From IMG/VR virus record IMGVR_UViG_3300009169_000027, positions 1 to 54,297 of that record: DNA of 54,297 nt; one strand, given 5' to 3'. Position numbers and translations under genes: made by a program. Under the pieces are notes generated by a model. The model did not search any database, was not told where the DNA came from, and was given only the letters and a program-made list of their open reading frames with translations. Below, one piece after another: positions 26,894 through 35,103 of this stretch; position 1 is the first letter of the stretch; each line of letters begins with the position of its first letter. Origin of the DNA: a virus (taxonomy: Duplodnaviria; Caudoviricetes).

Positions 26894-26976
26894 CTTACGG
26901 TATGTCGGGACATAATGGCGCGAACGGGCGCGCGCCCCTTCACCGAGAGCGGACAGCTTAAAAGGCTCGGAGCACG

Positions 26977-27522
26977 ATGGCCACCACGACCCCAAGGAAG
27001 AAGACCCAGCCCCGGCTCGCCGACCAAACGCCGAGGCCGATACCCCCGTCTGCGGGACAGACCTCGGTGTTGCGCGCGGTGGACATGCCCCTGCACCAAG
27101 TGCAGGAACTGGCGTCACTGGGGTTGACAACGGAACAGATTGGGTACTTCTACGGGCTCCACCCGTGGTCCGTGGAACTGTACCGGCGCCAACGCCCGGA
27201 GTTCAACGAGGCGCTGGAGCGCGGCCGATCGGTGGGCATCCAGCACGCTGCCGCCGCCCTGCGAGGCCAGATTAACTCAGGCAACATCGCAGCGATCATC
27301 TTCTACCTCAAGTCGCGCGGTAAGTGGCGCGAGGTCAATTCCATGGAAGTCACCGGCAAGGATGGTCAGCCGCTGGCGTTCGAATCCAAGACCGACAAGC
27401 TCGACCTGTCGGTCCTGGCCGAAGCGGAATTGATGGCGATCCTGGGGATACTCAACAAGGCGGTGTCGCCTGTTGAAACGGCCCCCGCAACTGGTGACAC
27501 GGACAACGAAAGCGCGTCGTGA
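26977..27522 (+). CDS. terS: Terminase small subunit
   Basis: HTH-like N-terminus; PEFNEAL...AIIFYLKSR..W...EVTGKDG; overlaps terL. Confidence 0.8.
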   Translation: MATTTPRKKTQPRLADQTPRPIPPSAGQTSVLRAVDMPLHQVQELASLGLTTEQIGYFYGLHPWSVELYRRQRPEFNEALERGRSVGIQHAAAALRGQINSGNIAAIIFYLKSRGKWREVNSMEVTGKDGQPLAFESKTDKLDLSVLAEAELMAILGILNKAVSPVETAPATGDTDNESAS

Positions 27523-29003
27523 GCGTAGCGGCCGAATACGTTCGCCCGGAGTTGTTCGCAGCGCTGGGGGACCCGTTAACGCTCCGCCGCAAGATCAACA
27601 TCGAACTCGAGCGCCGATCGCTGCAGGGTAGCCTGCACGCGTACACGCGCGCGGCGTGGGCCTGGATTGAGCCTGGCACGCCGTTCATTGACGGCTGGCA
27701 CCTGGGAGCGATCAGCGAGCACCTGCAGGCGGCCCACGATCGGCAGATACGGAATCTCGTCATCAACATGCCGCCGCGGCACATGAAGTCGATCTCGGTG
27801 AGCGTGGCGTGGCCGACGTGGTCCTGGACCCGGAACCCGCGAACGAAGTGGGTGTTCTCCAGCTACAGCGCCTCCCTGTCGATTCGCGATTCTGTCAAGT
27901 CGCGTCGCCTGCTCAGCAGCGCGTGGTACCAGCAGTTCTGGGGCAACCGGTTCACGATGTCCACGGACCAGAACCAGAAGAGCCGCTACGAGAACGACCA
28001 AACCGGCTACAGGATCGCGACCTCTGTCACCGGCATGATGACCGGTGAGGGCGGCGACTTCATCGTGGTGGACGATCCGCACAACGTGGTCGCGGCGGAA
28101 TCGGCCCTGCAGCGGATGGAGGTTCTGGACTGGTGGGACCAAGCGATGTCCACCCGTTTCAACGACCCGAAGACGGGCGTGCGCGTGCTGGTGATGCAGC
28201 GCCTGCACCAGAAGGACTTGACCGGTCACGTGCTGCAAGAGCAGGGGTGGGACCACTTGATCCTCCCGGCCGAGTACGAGAAGACGAACCGCGTTACGAG
28301 CCTCGGATGGCGCGACCCGCGGAAGGAGGACGGCGAGCTGTTGTGGCCCGAACGGTACGGCCCGAAGGAGCTCGGGGACCTCAAGTCGCGGCTCGGCAGT
28401 TACGGCGCAGCAGCGCAGCTACAGCAACGCCCAGCGCCGCGGGAAGGCGGCATCGTCAAGGTGCAGTGGCTGGGTAGCCGCTACCGCATCCTGCCGCTGC
28501 GCGAGGGACCGAAGATCGAGGTGCGCCGTGTCGTGCAGTCCTGGGACACGGCGAAGAAGGCGGACGAGCGGAACGATTACTCGGTCTGCACTACGTGGTT
28601 CGAGACCGATACGCACCACTACCTCGTTGACGTGTACCGCAAGAAGCTCGAGTTCCCCGAGCTCAAACGCGCCGTGACCGATCAAGCGGCCAAGTGGAAT
28701 CCGCAGGCGGTGTTGATCGAGGACGCCGCTTCAGGGACAAGCCTCATCCAGCAGCTGCGGTCGGACACGCTGCTTCCGGTCATCGCCATCGGAACGGGCG
28801 GCCTGTCCAAGGAGGTTCGTCTCGAGGCCGTAACACCGACGATCGAGGCGGGACGTGTCCTGCTCCCCGAGGAGGCACCGTGGGTGGCCGACTACGTTGG
28901 GGAGCTCACCATGTTCCCGATGGTTGAAAACGATGACCAGACGGATAGCACCTCTCAATATCTCAATTGGGCGGCTAAGCCGGCTGAGGTTTTTATTGGG
29001 TGA
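27519..29003 (+). CDS. terL: Terminase large subunit
   Basis: INMPPRHMKS, IVVDDPH, MQRLH, SWDTA, IEDAASG, NDDQTDS. Confidence 0.95.
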   Translation: MSVAAEYVRPELFAALGDPLTLRRKINIELERRSLQGSLHAYTRAAWAWIEPGTPFIDGWHLGAISEHLQAAHDRQIRNLVINMPPRHMKSISVSVAWPTWSWTRNPRTKWVFSSYSASLSIRDSVKSRRLLSSAWYQQFWGNRFTMSTDQNQKSRYENDQTGYRIATSVTGMMTGEGGDFIVVDDPHNVVAAESALQRMEVLDWWDQAMSTRFNDPKTGVRVLVMQRLHQKDLTGHVLQEQGWDHLILPAEYEKTNRVTSLGWRDPRKEDGELLWPERYGPKELGDLKSRLGSYGAAAQLQQRPAPREGGIVKVQWLGSRYRILPLREGPKIEVRRVVQSWDTAKKADERNDYSVCTTWFETDTHHYLVDVYRKKLEFPELKRAVTDQAAKWNPQAVLIEDAASGTSLIQQLRSDTLLPVIAIGTGGLSKEVRLEAVTPTIEAGRVLLPEEAPWVADYVGELTMFPMVENDDQTDSTSQYLNWAAKPAEVFIG

Positions 29004-29010
29004 CAGAAAC

Positions 29011-29373
29011 ATGGCCGAAGTCAAAGTTGTCGATCTCGTGGTTCCGCAAGGATCAACGTTCCCGTTCACCGTAAGCTGGGTCGATCCCGATTTCGACGAT
29101 GCCCCGATCGACCTGACCGACTACATCGCGCGGCTGCACGTACGCGCAAAGGTCGGCGACCCCGTCCCGATCTACCAGACGGACAACGACGTCGGCGGGC
29201 ATATCACGATCACCCCAGCGCAAGGCAAGGTGAGGCTTGAGGTCCCAGCGAGCGTGACAGCGCTGTGGACGTTTAAGAAAGCCGTGTACGACCTCGAGGT
29301 TGAGGACAACGCCGGCTTCGTCACAAGGTTGGTCAAGGGCACGATGTACCTTGACCTCGAAGTAACTCGCTAA
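29011..29373 (+). CDS. Virion adaptor/collar-like protein (BppU/LtfC-like beta sandwich)
   Basis: QGSTF...PIDLTDY.A...AVYDLEV...TRLVKG. Confidence 0.55.
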   Translation: MAEVKVVDLVVPQGSTFPFTVSWVDPDFDDAPIDLTDYIARLHVRAKVGDPVPIYQTDNDVGGHITITPAQGKVRLEVPASVTALWTFKKAVYDLEVEDNAGFVTRLVKGTMYLDLEVTR

Positions 29374-29386
29374 TCGGAGAATTCAA

Positions 29387-29878
29387 ATGCCAGCAACAGT
29401 TCAGATTGTGGAGAAAACCGGGGCCGGCGGTACGCCCACCGACAAGACCTCCGGCGTGATCCGTTTCAAGAACGCCGACAACGCCACCGTCGACACCGCG
29501 AACCCGATGGTGAAGCCGGTGTCGGGCACCGACTTCTCGTTCGAGAAGTGGATTCGCCTGAGCGTGAGCGGCGGCACCTACACCGAAATCACGAACATCA
29601 AGGCGTACGCGGACGGCTCGAACGGCCTGGGCACCGGTGTCACCGTTCACGCCAAGGCCGTGGCCAGTTTCGCGACGCCGGCCGAGGCCACGTCAACGGC
29701 CGGCTACACGGACCTCTTCACCTACACCAGCGGCTCGCCGTTGACGCTGGGTGCAGGTCCGTTCACGTCAACCGGCGAAAAGGGCGATCACCTCGTCATG
29801 ATGATGGCCGTCGCCGACACCGCCTCCGGTGGGATGACCCCGACGGAAACGCTGACGATTGCGTGGGACGAAATCTAA
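29387..29878 (+). CDS. Virion structural protein
   Basis: Thr/Gly-rich beta protein; RBS GGAG. Confidence 0.55.
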   Translation: MPATVQIVEKTGAGGTPTDKTSGVIRFKNADNATVDTANPMVKPVSGTDFSFEKWIRLSVSGGTYTEITNIKAYADGSNGLGTGVTVHAKAVASFATPAEATSTAGYTDLFTYTSGSPLTLGAGPFTSTGEKGDHLVMMMAVADTASGGMTPTETLTIAWDEI

Positions 29879-30121
29879 ATGACACAGCGCGACCCTGTTC
29901 ACGAGATAGCCGTGCTAGCGCCGGACCATCGTGTCGGCACCGACGGCACGGTCACGGTTTCCCTGTTCGGACAGGGTCGCATGTTCAAACGCCGCGCCAT
30001 CAAGCGGGCCGGGACACCGGAATCCTCCGAAGAATGTTGGCTCGTGGCGGAGCTTGGCGACGTGCGCGTGTATCAGCGCGACATGCAGATCATCGTCACG
30101 CGCCAGGACATGAACCCGTAG
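29879..30121 (+). CDS. Hypothetical protein
   Basis: Operon packing. Confidence 0.55.
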   Translation: MTQRDPVHEIAVLAPDHRVGTDGTVTVSLFGQGRMFKRRAIKRAGTPESSEECWLVAELGDVRVYQRDMQIIVTRQDMNP

Positions 30122-30135
30122 TGTCCCGAACGGCC

Positions 30136-30384
30136 ATGACCCGACAACAGGACGACGCCGAAATGGTTGAGCTAATCAGCAAGGCCGTCGAGCAGGGTAT
30201 GCGCCGCGCGTTGTCGGACCCCGAATTGCGGTCATCGTTTTGGCGGGCAGGCTACGACCAACTCTCGAGCCACGCCACCAACGGCATTAGCCAGTGGATC
30301 GGGAAGCGGGTGCTGATGATCTTGATTGCAGCGGCGCTTTCGGCGTCGATCGGTTGGGCCGTTGTTTCTGGGAGGCTCAAATAA
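30136..30384 (+). CDS. Membrane protein (holin/antiholin candidate)
   Basis: C-terminal TM helix VLMILIAAALSASIGWAVV. Confidence 0.55.
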   Translation: MTRQQDDAEMVELISKAVEQGMRRALSDPELRSSFWRAGYDQLSSHATNGISQWIGKRVLMILIAAALSASIGWAVVSGRLK

Positions 30385-30842
30385 TGGTGACCTTGTCGCG
30401 TTCTGAAATACGGCATATGTGGCCGTCGATGATCGTCGGCGCGCTACTCGGCCTGTTGTTTGTGCCGCTCGCGGACTGGCTGTCTCACATCGCACGCAAC
30501 TCGTACGACACCGGGCACCCCGTCGTTGTGGGGCGCGCGGACATCCTGAAGCGCGGCATCGCTACCGACGACGTTCAGGTGCTGCTCTCCGGGGAGAAGC
30601 TGCGCGACTGCGATTACATCGGCATCTCGGCGTATTCTGTTTCGCCGGATGACGAGCTGCACAGCGTCTACATGCTTCGCGCTGATCAACCGTCTACCGG
30701 TGCCACGCGTCCAGTCGGTCGGCACTCGTTCGGTGTGTGGCGTCTGTGGCCGATCATCGGCACGGATCGCATCGTTATCTGGGCAACGCACACCTGTTCC
30801 GGGCGCATCGTCCGTAGCAAGTTTGCGGAGGTCAAGCTGTGA
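30384..30842 (+). CDS. N-terminally anchored membrane protein
   Basis: TM SMIVGALLGLLFVPL; two Cys; TAATG overlap. Confidence 0.55.
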   Translation: MVTLSRSEIRHMWPSMIVGALLGLLFVPLADWLSHIARNSYDTGHPVVVGRADILKRGIATDDVQVLLSGEKLRDCDYIGISAYSVSPDDELHSVYMLRADQPSTGATRPVGRHSFGVWRLWPIIGTDRIVIWATHTCSGRIVRSKFAEVKL

Positions 30843-31111
30843 GCGACAACCTGTACCCGAAAATGCTGCGCTGGGACGGGTACCACGGCTCGGCGAAAAA
30901 GGGCGGCGTGTCCATCGCCCTGCACCGCCCACCATCGTTGGCGCGAATCGGCCCGGTGTGGGCGATCGACTACCGCCCCGGCATCCACGTCTATCGAATT
31001 CAGGTCACGCCGCGCGAGGCGGAACGCGACATGTACCCAGACGAAATGACCGCTGCCGAAGCGTTCATTACCTCAGCAACGCAGGAGGCCGACAATGCAT
31101 ATTCCTCTTGA
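30839..31111 (+). CDS. Hypothetical protein
   Basis: GGAGG RBS; GTGA overlap. Confidence 0.55.
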   Translation: MSDNLYPKMLRWDGYHGSAKKGGVSIALHRPPSLARIGPVWAIDYRPGIHVYRIQVTPREAERDMYPDEMTAAEAFITSATQEADNAYSS

Positions 31112-31331
31112 CCCAGCGCTTCCACCAGAAACCAAGTTGCGGTTGCTGGCGAAAGGATCGCGCGGCTACAACATCGTGCTGAACACAACCGCGCGCGACC
31201 AGCAGTGCGTTGCCGACTGGGCAATCCAGGCGCAGCAGTTCGACCCCAACGTCGTGTTCAAATTCGAGCAGACGACAGGGCGTCTTGTGCGCGACCGGCT
31301 TTACGCTTGGTTCATGGGGTGGCTGAAATGA
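31095..31331 (+). CDS. Hypothetical protein
   Basis: AGGAGG RBS. Confidence 0.55.
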   Translation: MHIPLDPALPPETKLRLLAKGSRGYNIVLNTTARDQQCVADWAIQAQQFDPNVVFKFEQTTGRLVRDRLYAWFMGWLK

Positions 31332-32260
31332 GGTGGCGTTTCCGTCACGTGTTCTTGGTCGGCGGTTCTGCCGCCGTTATCGGGGCGCTGCTCTACACCG
31401 ATCCGGACAATGGCATCAGCACGGGCATGCTTATGCTCGGGTTGGTGACGCCACTCATTGCCGTCCTGTTCGCCCACCTGGCACGGAAGGCGCTGCACGA
31501 CTATCCGGAGGCGGACGCTAGCGCCCTGTTCCGTAAGGCCAAGGAGTCCCCGATCGGCGCAGGATTGGCCCTTGTGGCGCTGGCGATCGTGCTGTCCGCG
31601 CTGCTGGGCCTGTTCGGGCGAAGCGCGAACGCACAACCGCACCCGCGCGCTGTGGCCCTGGCCCCTCTGGTAAACGCGGAGATCGGTGCCAACTGGCCCG
31701 AGCTCGAGCCGCGCGCGTACGTCTTTGCGCTGATATCGCACGAAAGCTGCGTGACCTATAGGCACTCGCGATGCTGGTCGCCGACGTCCCGGCTGCGAAC
31801 AGCACGGGAGGAGGGCGCTGGGCTGGGGCAGCTGACGCGCGCGTGGGCACCGGACGGGTCACTACGTTTCGATTCCCTCGCCGATCTCAAGGACCGCCAC
31901 CCAGCGCTCCGCGGCCTGGACTGGCGGAACATTTACGATCGGCCGGAGCTACAGGTTCGCGCCCTTGTCTTGATGAGCCGCGGCAACTGGTTGGCGCTGA
32001 ATGTGGTCCGCGACGGGTGGGAGCGCCTTGCGATGGTCGACGCCGCGTACAACGGCGGGCTCGGTGGCGTCCAAAGGGAGCGACGGGCGTGCCAGGTTGC
32101 GCCTGGCTGCGATCCGCAACGCTGGTGGGACCACGTAGAGGGCCGGTGCCTGAAATCGCAGCAACCGCTGTACGCCGGCCGCAGCCCCTGTGAGATCAAC
32201 CGGCACCACGTCCGCGACGTCCTTCTGGTCCGTATCCCGCGCTACGAGGGGCTCACGTGA
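31328..32260 (+). CDS. Endolysin: lytic transglycosylase (SLT-like) with three N-terminal TM segments
   Basis: HES catalytic Glu, GLGQL, AAYNGG motifs; hydrophobic N-terminal ~100 aa. Confidence 0.8.
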   Translation: MRWRFRHVFLVGGSAAVIGALLYTDPDNGISTGMLMLGLVTPLIAVLFAHLARKALHDYPEADASALFRKAKESPIGAGLALVALAIVLSALLGLFGRSANAQPHPRAVALAPLVNAEIGANWPELEPRAYVFALISHESCVTYRHSRCWSPTSRLRTAREEGAGLGQLTRAWAPDGSLRFDSLADLKDRHPALRGLDWRNIYDRPELQVRALVLMSRGNWLALNVVRDGWERLAMVDAAYNGGLGGVQRERRACQVAPGCDPQRWWDHVEGRCLKSQQPLYAGRSPCEINRHHVRDVLLVRIPRYEGLT

Positions 32261-32448
32261 GCTTTGCGCGCTACGCTTCCCGCAAGTTCATCGTCGCGGT
32301 GTTGGCGTTGCTGCTGGTGACGTGGATGCGGCTGCGCGGCGTGCTGGCTGATGAAAGCACCGCGACGGTCATGGTGGCAGCACTCGTTGGCTACACCGGC
32401 GGGAACGTTGCCCAGAAGTGGACACGGCGGACAACAGAGGAGGCGTGA
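32257..32448 (+). CDS. Holin-like protein
   Basis: SRKFIVAV...YTGGNV; two TMs; follows the endolysin. Confidence 0.6.
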   Translation: MSFARYASRKFIVAVLALLLVTWMRLRGVLADESTATVMVAALVGYTGGNVAQKWTRRTTEEA

Positions 32449-32570
32449 TGGACGACAAACAGAAACTCGTTGGCTTACTCGGTGCCGGGGTGGCGGTTCT
32501 GGTCATCGTTTTTGTCAGCATCTTTGTTGCTGGCGTGTGGACGATCTGGCAATGGTTGGCCTTCAACTGA
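32448..32570 (+). CDS. 40-aa single-TM peptide (not in ORF track)
   Basis: MDDKQKLVGLLGAGVAVLVIVFVSIFVAGVWTIWQWLAFN; AGGAGG RBS. Confidence 0.55.
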   Translation: MDDKQKLVGLLGAGVAVLVIVFVSIFVAGVWTIWQWLAFN

Positions 32571-33070
32571 TCGCCGTCGCCTCGATCGCTGCCGCCGCCG
32601 CAGGGTTCGCTGGCGGCTACGCGCTGCGCGACCTCTCCGCCGATCGGGAGCTTGCGGTGCAGGCGACAGCGCACCAACTTCAGGTCGTTGCCTGGGAACG
32701 TGCGTCACGAGAGAGTTCCGAGAAACAACGGCGCATAGAGAACGAACGACGTGAAGCACTCGCCAAGGAGGTTGAAGATGCCCGCACCGATGCCGCGAAA
32801 GACGCAAGGCGCGCTGTTGATCTCGGCGGCGCTAATCAGCGCCTGCTCGACCACGTCGCCCGTCTTGCCGCCGTTGCCGATCGCCGCAGCAGCGATCCCG
32901 CCCCTGCCGCCGGAAGCGCGTCAGCCGCCGGCCCCGGCATGGTGCTCGCCGAACTGTACCGAGGCGCTAACGCAGAGGCTCAAGAACTCGCTACGGCGTT
33001 TGACGCCAGCCGCCGCGCCGGACTAACGTGCGAGCGTGTCTACGACTCCCTATCGGAGGTTCAGAAATGA
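32552..33070 (+). CDS. i-spanin (Rz-like, DUF2514-like)
   Basis: N-terminal TM, coiled coil, AGLTCERVYDSL end. Confidence 0.8.
   Translation: MVGLQLIAVASIAAAAAGFAGGYALRDLSADRELAVQATAHQLQVVAWERASRESSEKQRRIENERREALAKEVEDARTDAAKDARRAVDLGGANQRLLDHVARLAAVADRRSSDPAPAAGSASAAGPGMVLAELYRGANAEAQELATAFDASRRAGLTCERVYDSLSEVQK
32778..33026 (+). CDS. o-spanin lipoprotein (Rz1-like), nested in Rz in another frame
   Basis: AAGGAGG RBS, lipobox LISA-C, Pro-rich mature part. Confidence 0.75.
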   Translation: MPAPMPRKTQGALLISAALISACSTTSPVLPPLPIAAAAIPPLPPEARQPPAPAWCSPNCTEALTQRLKNSLRRLTPAAAPD

Positions 33071-33294
33071 CAGTCAAACAGGACATCGAAGCAACACTGC
33101 ATCTCGCTGATCTGCTGGATTCGAACGCAAAGTCATTACGCGCGACAGTCGCCTCGTTGCAAGAGTCGGAGGACTGGCGCGTTAAGGCTGTCGCGTGGTT
33201 GAAATCCAGAACCACGGAAAGGCCGTACCCCTCGTTCGTACTGCGCACGGAAGCCGCGCGGAGGCTCGCCGAGGAGCTGGAAAAGGAAATGTGA
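33067..33294 (+). CDS. Hypothetical protein
   Basis: GGAGG RBS; ATGA overlap. Confidence 0.6.
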   Translation: MTVKQDIEATLHLADLLDSNAKSLRATVASLQESEDWRVKAVAWLKSRTTERPYPSFVLRTEAARRLAEELEKEM

Positions 33295-33356
33295 ATCCCA
33301 AGCGACAGGGTTTGTCGCCGCTACCACCACCCACCAACTGAAAGGACTTAGCAATC

Positions 33357-33884
33357 ATGGTCACCAACACGAACCTCCCGCAAACCGGGATCGCCCAGAA
33401 CAGCACCCGCAACATCGACGCGCTCGGCATCGTCCTGCGCATGGACAAGATCGTCCGCGAGATCATCGGCAGCCAGTCGCATGGCGTGTCCGTTGTCCGT
33501 GAGGCGGACTTCGTGCGCGCCAATTCCTACCTCGATGAACTCGAGTCGTTCGTTGCGCACTGCTCGCGTCGGCCGCAGCAGGACTACGTCAAGACTTACG
33601 ACATGGAGATCGCGCTGCCCGCCGCAACCGTCATCCCGATGATGGACAACCTCGCCATCCTGCACTTGGCGCAGATGGTCGATACGTGGCGCTTCGAGAT
33701 CGCCAACAGCGAAACGAGCCGCTGGTCCTCTGGCATTCACGGTCCCGACGGCGTCCGCATGGCGGTCTGGTTTGCGGACTACCGCGCGTTCTTCACCGAC
33801 CACATTGCCACGCAGCTGCCGCAGGACTACCCGGAAACCGTTCCGAGCTACCCGCTGACCGGCCGCGGCGCGCTGGGCGTCTGA
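33357..33884 (+). CDS. Hypothetical protein with two-fold internal repeat
   Basis: GAAAGGA RBS; halves share EI..S...D.VR...F..H...QDY..T. Confidence 0.7.
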   Translation: MVTNTNLPQTGIAQNSTRNIDALGIVLRMDKIVREIIGSQSHGVSVVREADFVRANSYLDELESFVAHCSRRPQQDYVKTYDMEIALPAATVIPMMDNLAILHLAQMVDTWRFEIANSETSRWSSGIHGPDGVRMAVWFADYRAFFTDHIATQLPQDYPETVPSYPLTGRGALGV

Positions 33885-33918
33885 TCGTTTTCTCGACCAC
33901 CACTTTGGAGAAGCAAGT

Positions 33919-34308
33919 ATGTTCGACGTAACACTGTCGATCGGGCTCGGCCCGGTCAAAGACCCGGTCATCTACGAATGGGCCGACGTTTCCAAGCTGC
34001 AGATCGTCACCGAGATCGAGCGTCGCTTGCTCGAGGGGCTGTTGAAGCTGGGCGCGCTCAGCACGGCCATCCTCGACGGCTCCATGCCGACGGCGACCAC
34101 GACGAACCCGATCGAAATGGTCATCGAGTTTCTGGTGATGGAGGACGGCGAGAAGTGGCACCGCACCGTGCTCGAATATCCGAAGATGGGTGAAGAGCAG
34201 CAGGTGATGTTCCTCGGCATGTTGGCCGGTGAAATGTCCAGCATGTCGCGCGAAGTTCGCGGCAAGGCGAAGGCCAAGAAGGGCAAGGCGGTCGGTAAGG
34301 GCAGGTGA
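33919..34308 (+). CDS. Hypothetical protein
   Basis: GGAG RBS; basic tail. Confidence 0.65.
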   Translation: MFDVTLSIGLGPVKDPVIYEWADVSKLQIVTEIERRLLEGLLKLGALSTAILDGSMPTATTTNPIEMVIEFLVMEDGEKWHRTVLEYPKMGEEQQVMFLGMLAGEMSSMSREVRGKAKAKKGKAVGKGR

Positions 34309-34424
34309 TGGCGCGCGGGTTGGGGCTGCGCGTCTTGTACTGGGTCGGCTACCTTGAAGGGCGCTTCGGCGCTGTCGGGTGGCTGACCCGGTTTTTTGCC
34401 CGGCGGCGCCGATGATCGACGTGC

Positions 34425-34628
34425 ATGAAATGCCTCTACGATCACGACGCCATCCAGCGCGAAACGGTCACACGTCTTCGACAATGGTTTGCTGGCGAAG
34501 CAGCCATTGTCGAAGCTGAAGTGAGGCAACGGTTACGGGAACTGGACGCGCGGCTAATTCGCGACGAAGTTCAAAAGATGGCGTTCACAAAAGGAGCACG
34601 ACATGTCCGCAATGACGAACTGGCTTGA
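34425..34628 (+). CDS. Hypothetical protein
   Basis: Operon packing. Confidence 0.4.
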   Translation: MKCLYDHDAIQRETVTRLRQWFAGEAAIVEAEVRQRLRELDARLIRDEVQKMAFTKGARHVRNDELA

Positions 34629-35076
34629 AAATAAACTGGTTGACTGGTTTTTCCGGGGGCAAGCACTCGGGGTTACGGGGGCCTCCGCGGGAGCGGGCTC
34701 CGGCCCAACGAACCTCTACTTCGCACTGTTCACGGCAGCGCCCTCCGATACCGGCGGCGGAACCGAGGTGAGTGGCGGCGCGTACCAGCGCGTGAACGTC
34801 GCTGCGTCAACTACGAACTTCGACAACACGCAGCAGGCCAACACAACGGCCGTGTCGTCGGGCACGACAGGCACGACGCGCAATAATATCGGCATAACGT
34901 TCCCAGCGCCGTCGGGGGCTAACTGGGGCACGATCACGCACTTCGCAATCTTCGATGCTTCGACCACTGGCAATATGCTGTTCTGGGGTGCGCTGACGGC
35001 GAGCAAGGTTGTCAACGACGGCGACGCCGCCCCAACGTTCGCACTGAACGCGTTCTCGCTCCAGCTCGACAACTAA
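34603..35076 (+). CDS. Fibre-associated virion protein
   Basis: LYFALFTAAP.D.GGGTEVSGGAYQR...ITFP...WGTITHFAIFDA..GNML; precedes the giant fibre gene. Confidence 0.65.
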   Translation: MSAMTNWLENKLVDWFFRGQALGVTGASAGAGSGPTNLYFALFTAAPSDTGGGTEVSGGAYQRVNVAASTTNFDNTQQANTTAVSSGTTGTTRNNIGITFPAPSGANWGTITHFAIFDASTTGNMLFWGALTASKVVNDGDAAPTFALNAFSLQLDN

Positions 35077-35103
35077 GCTCCGCTTCACACCGGGGCCGCC
35101 AGC

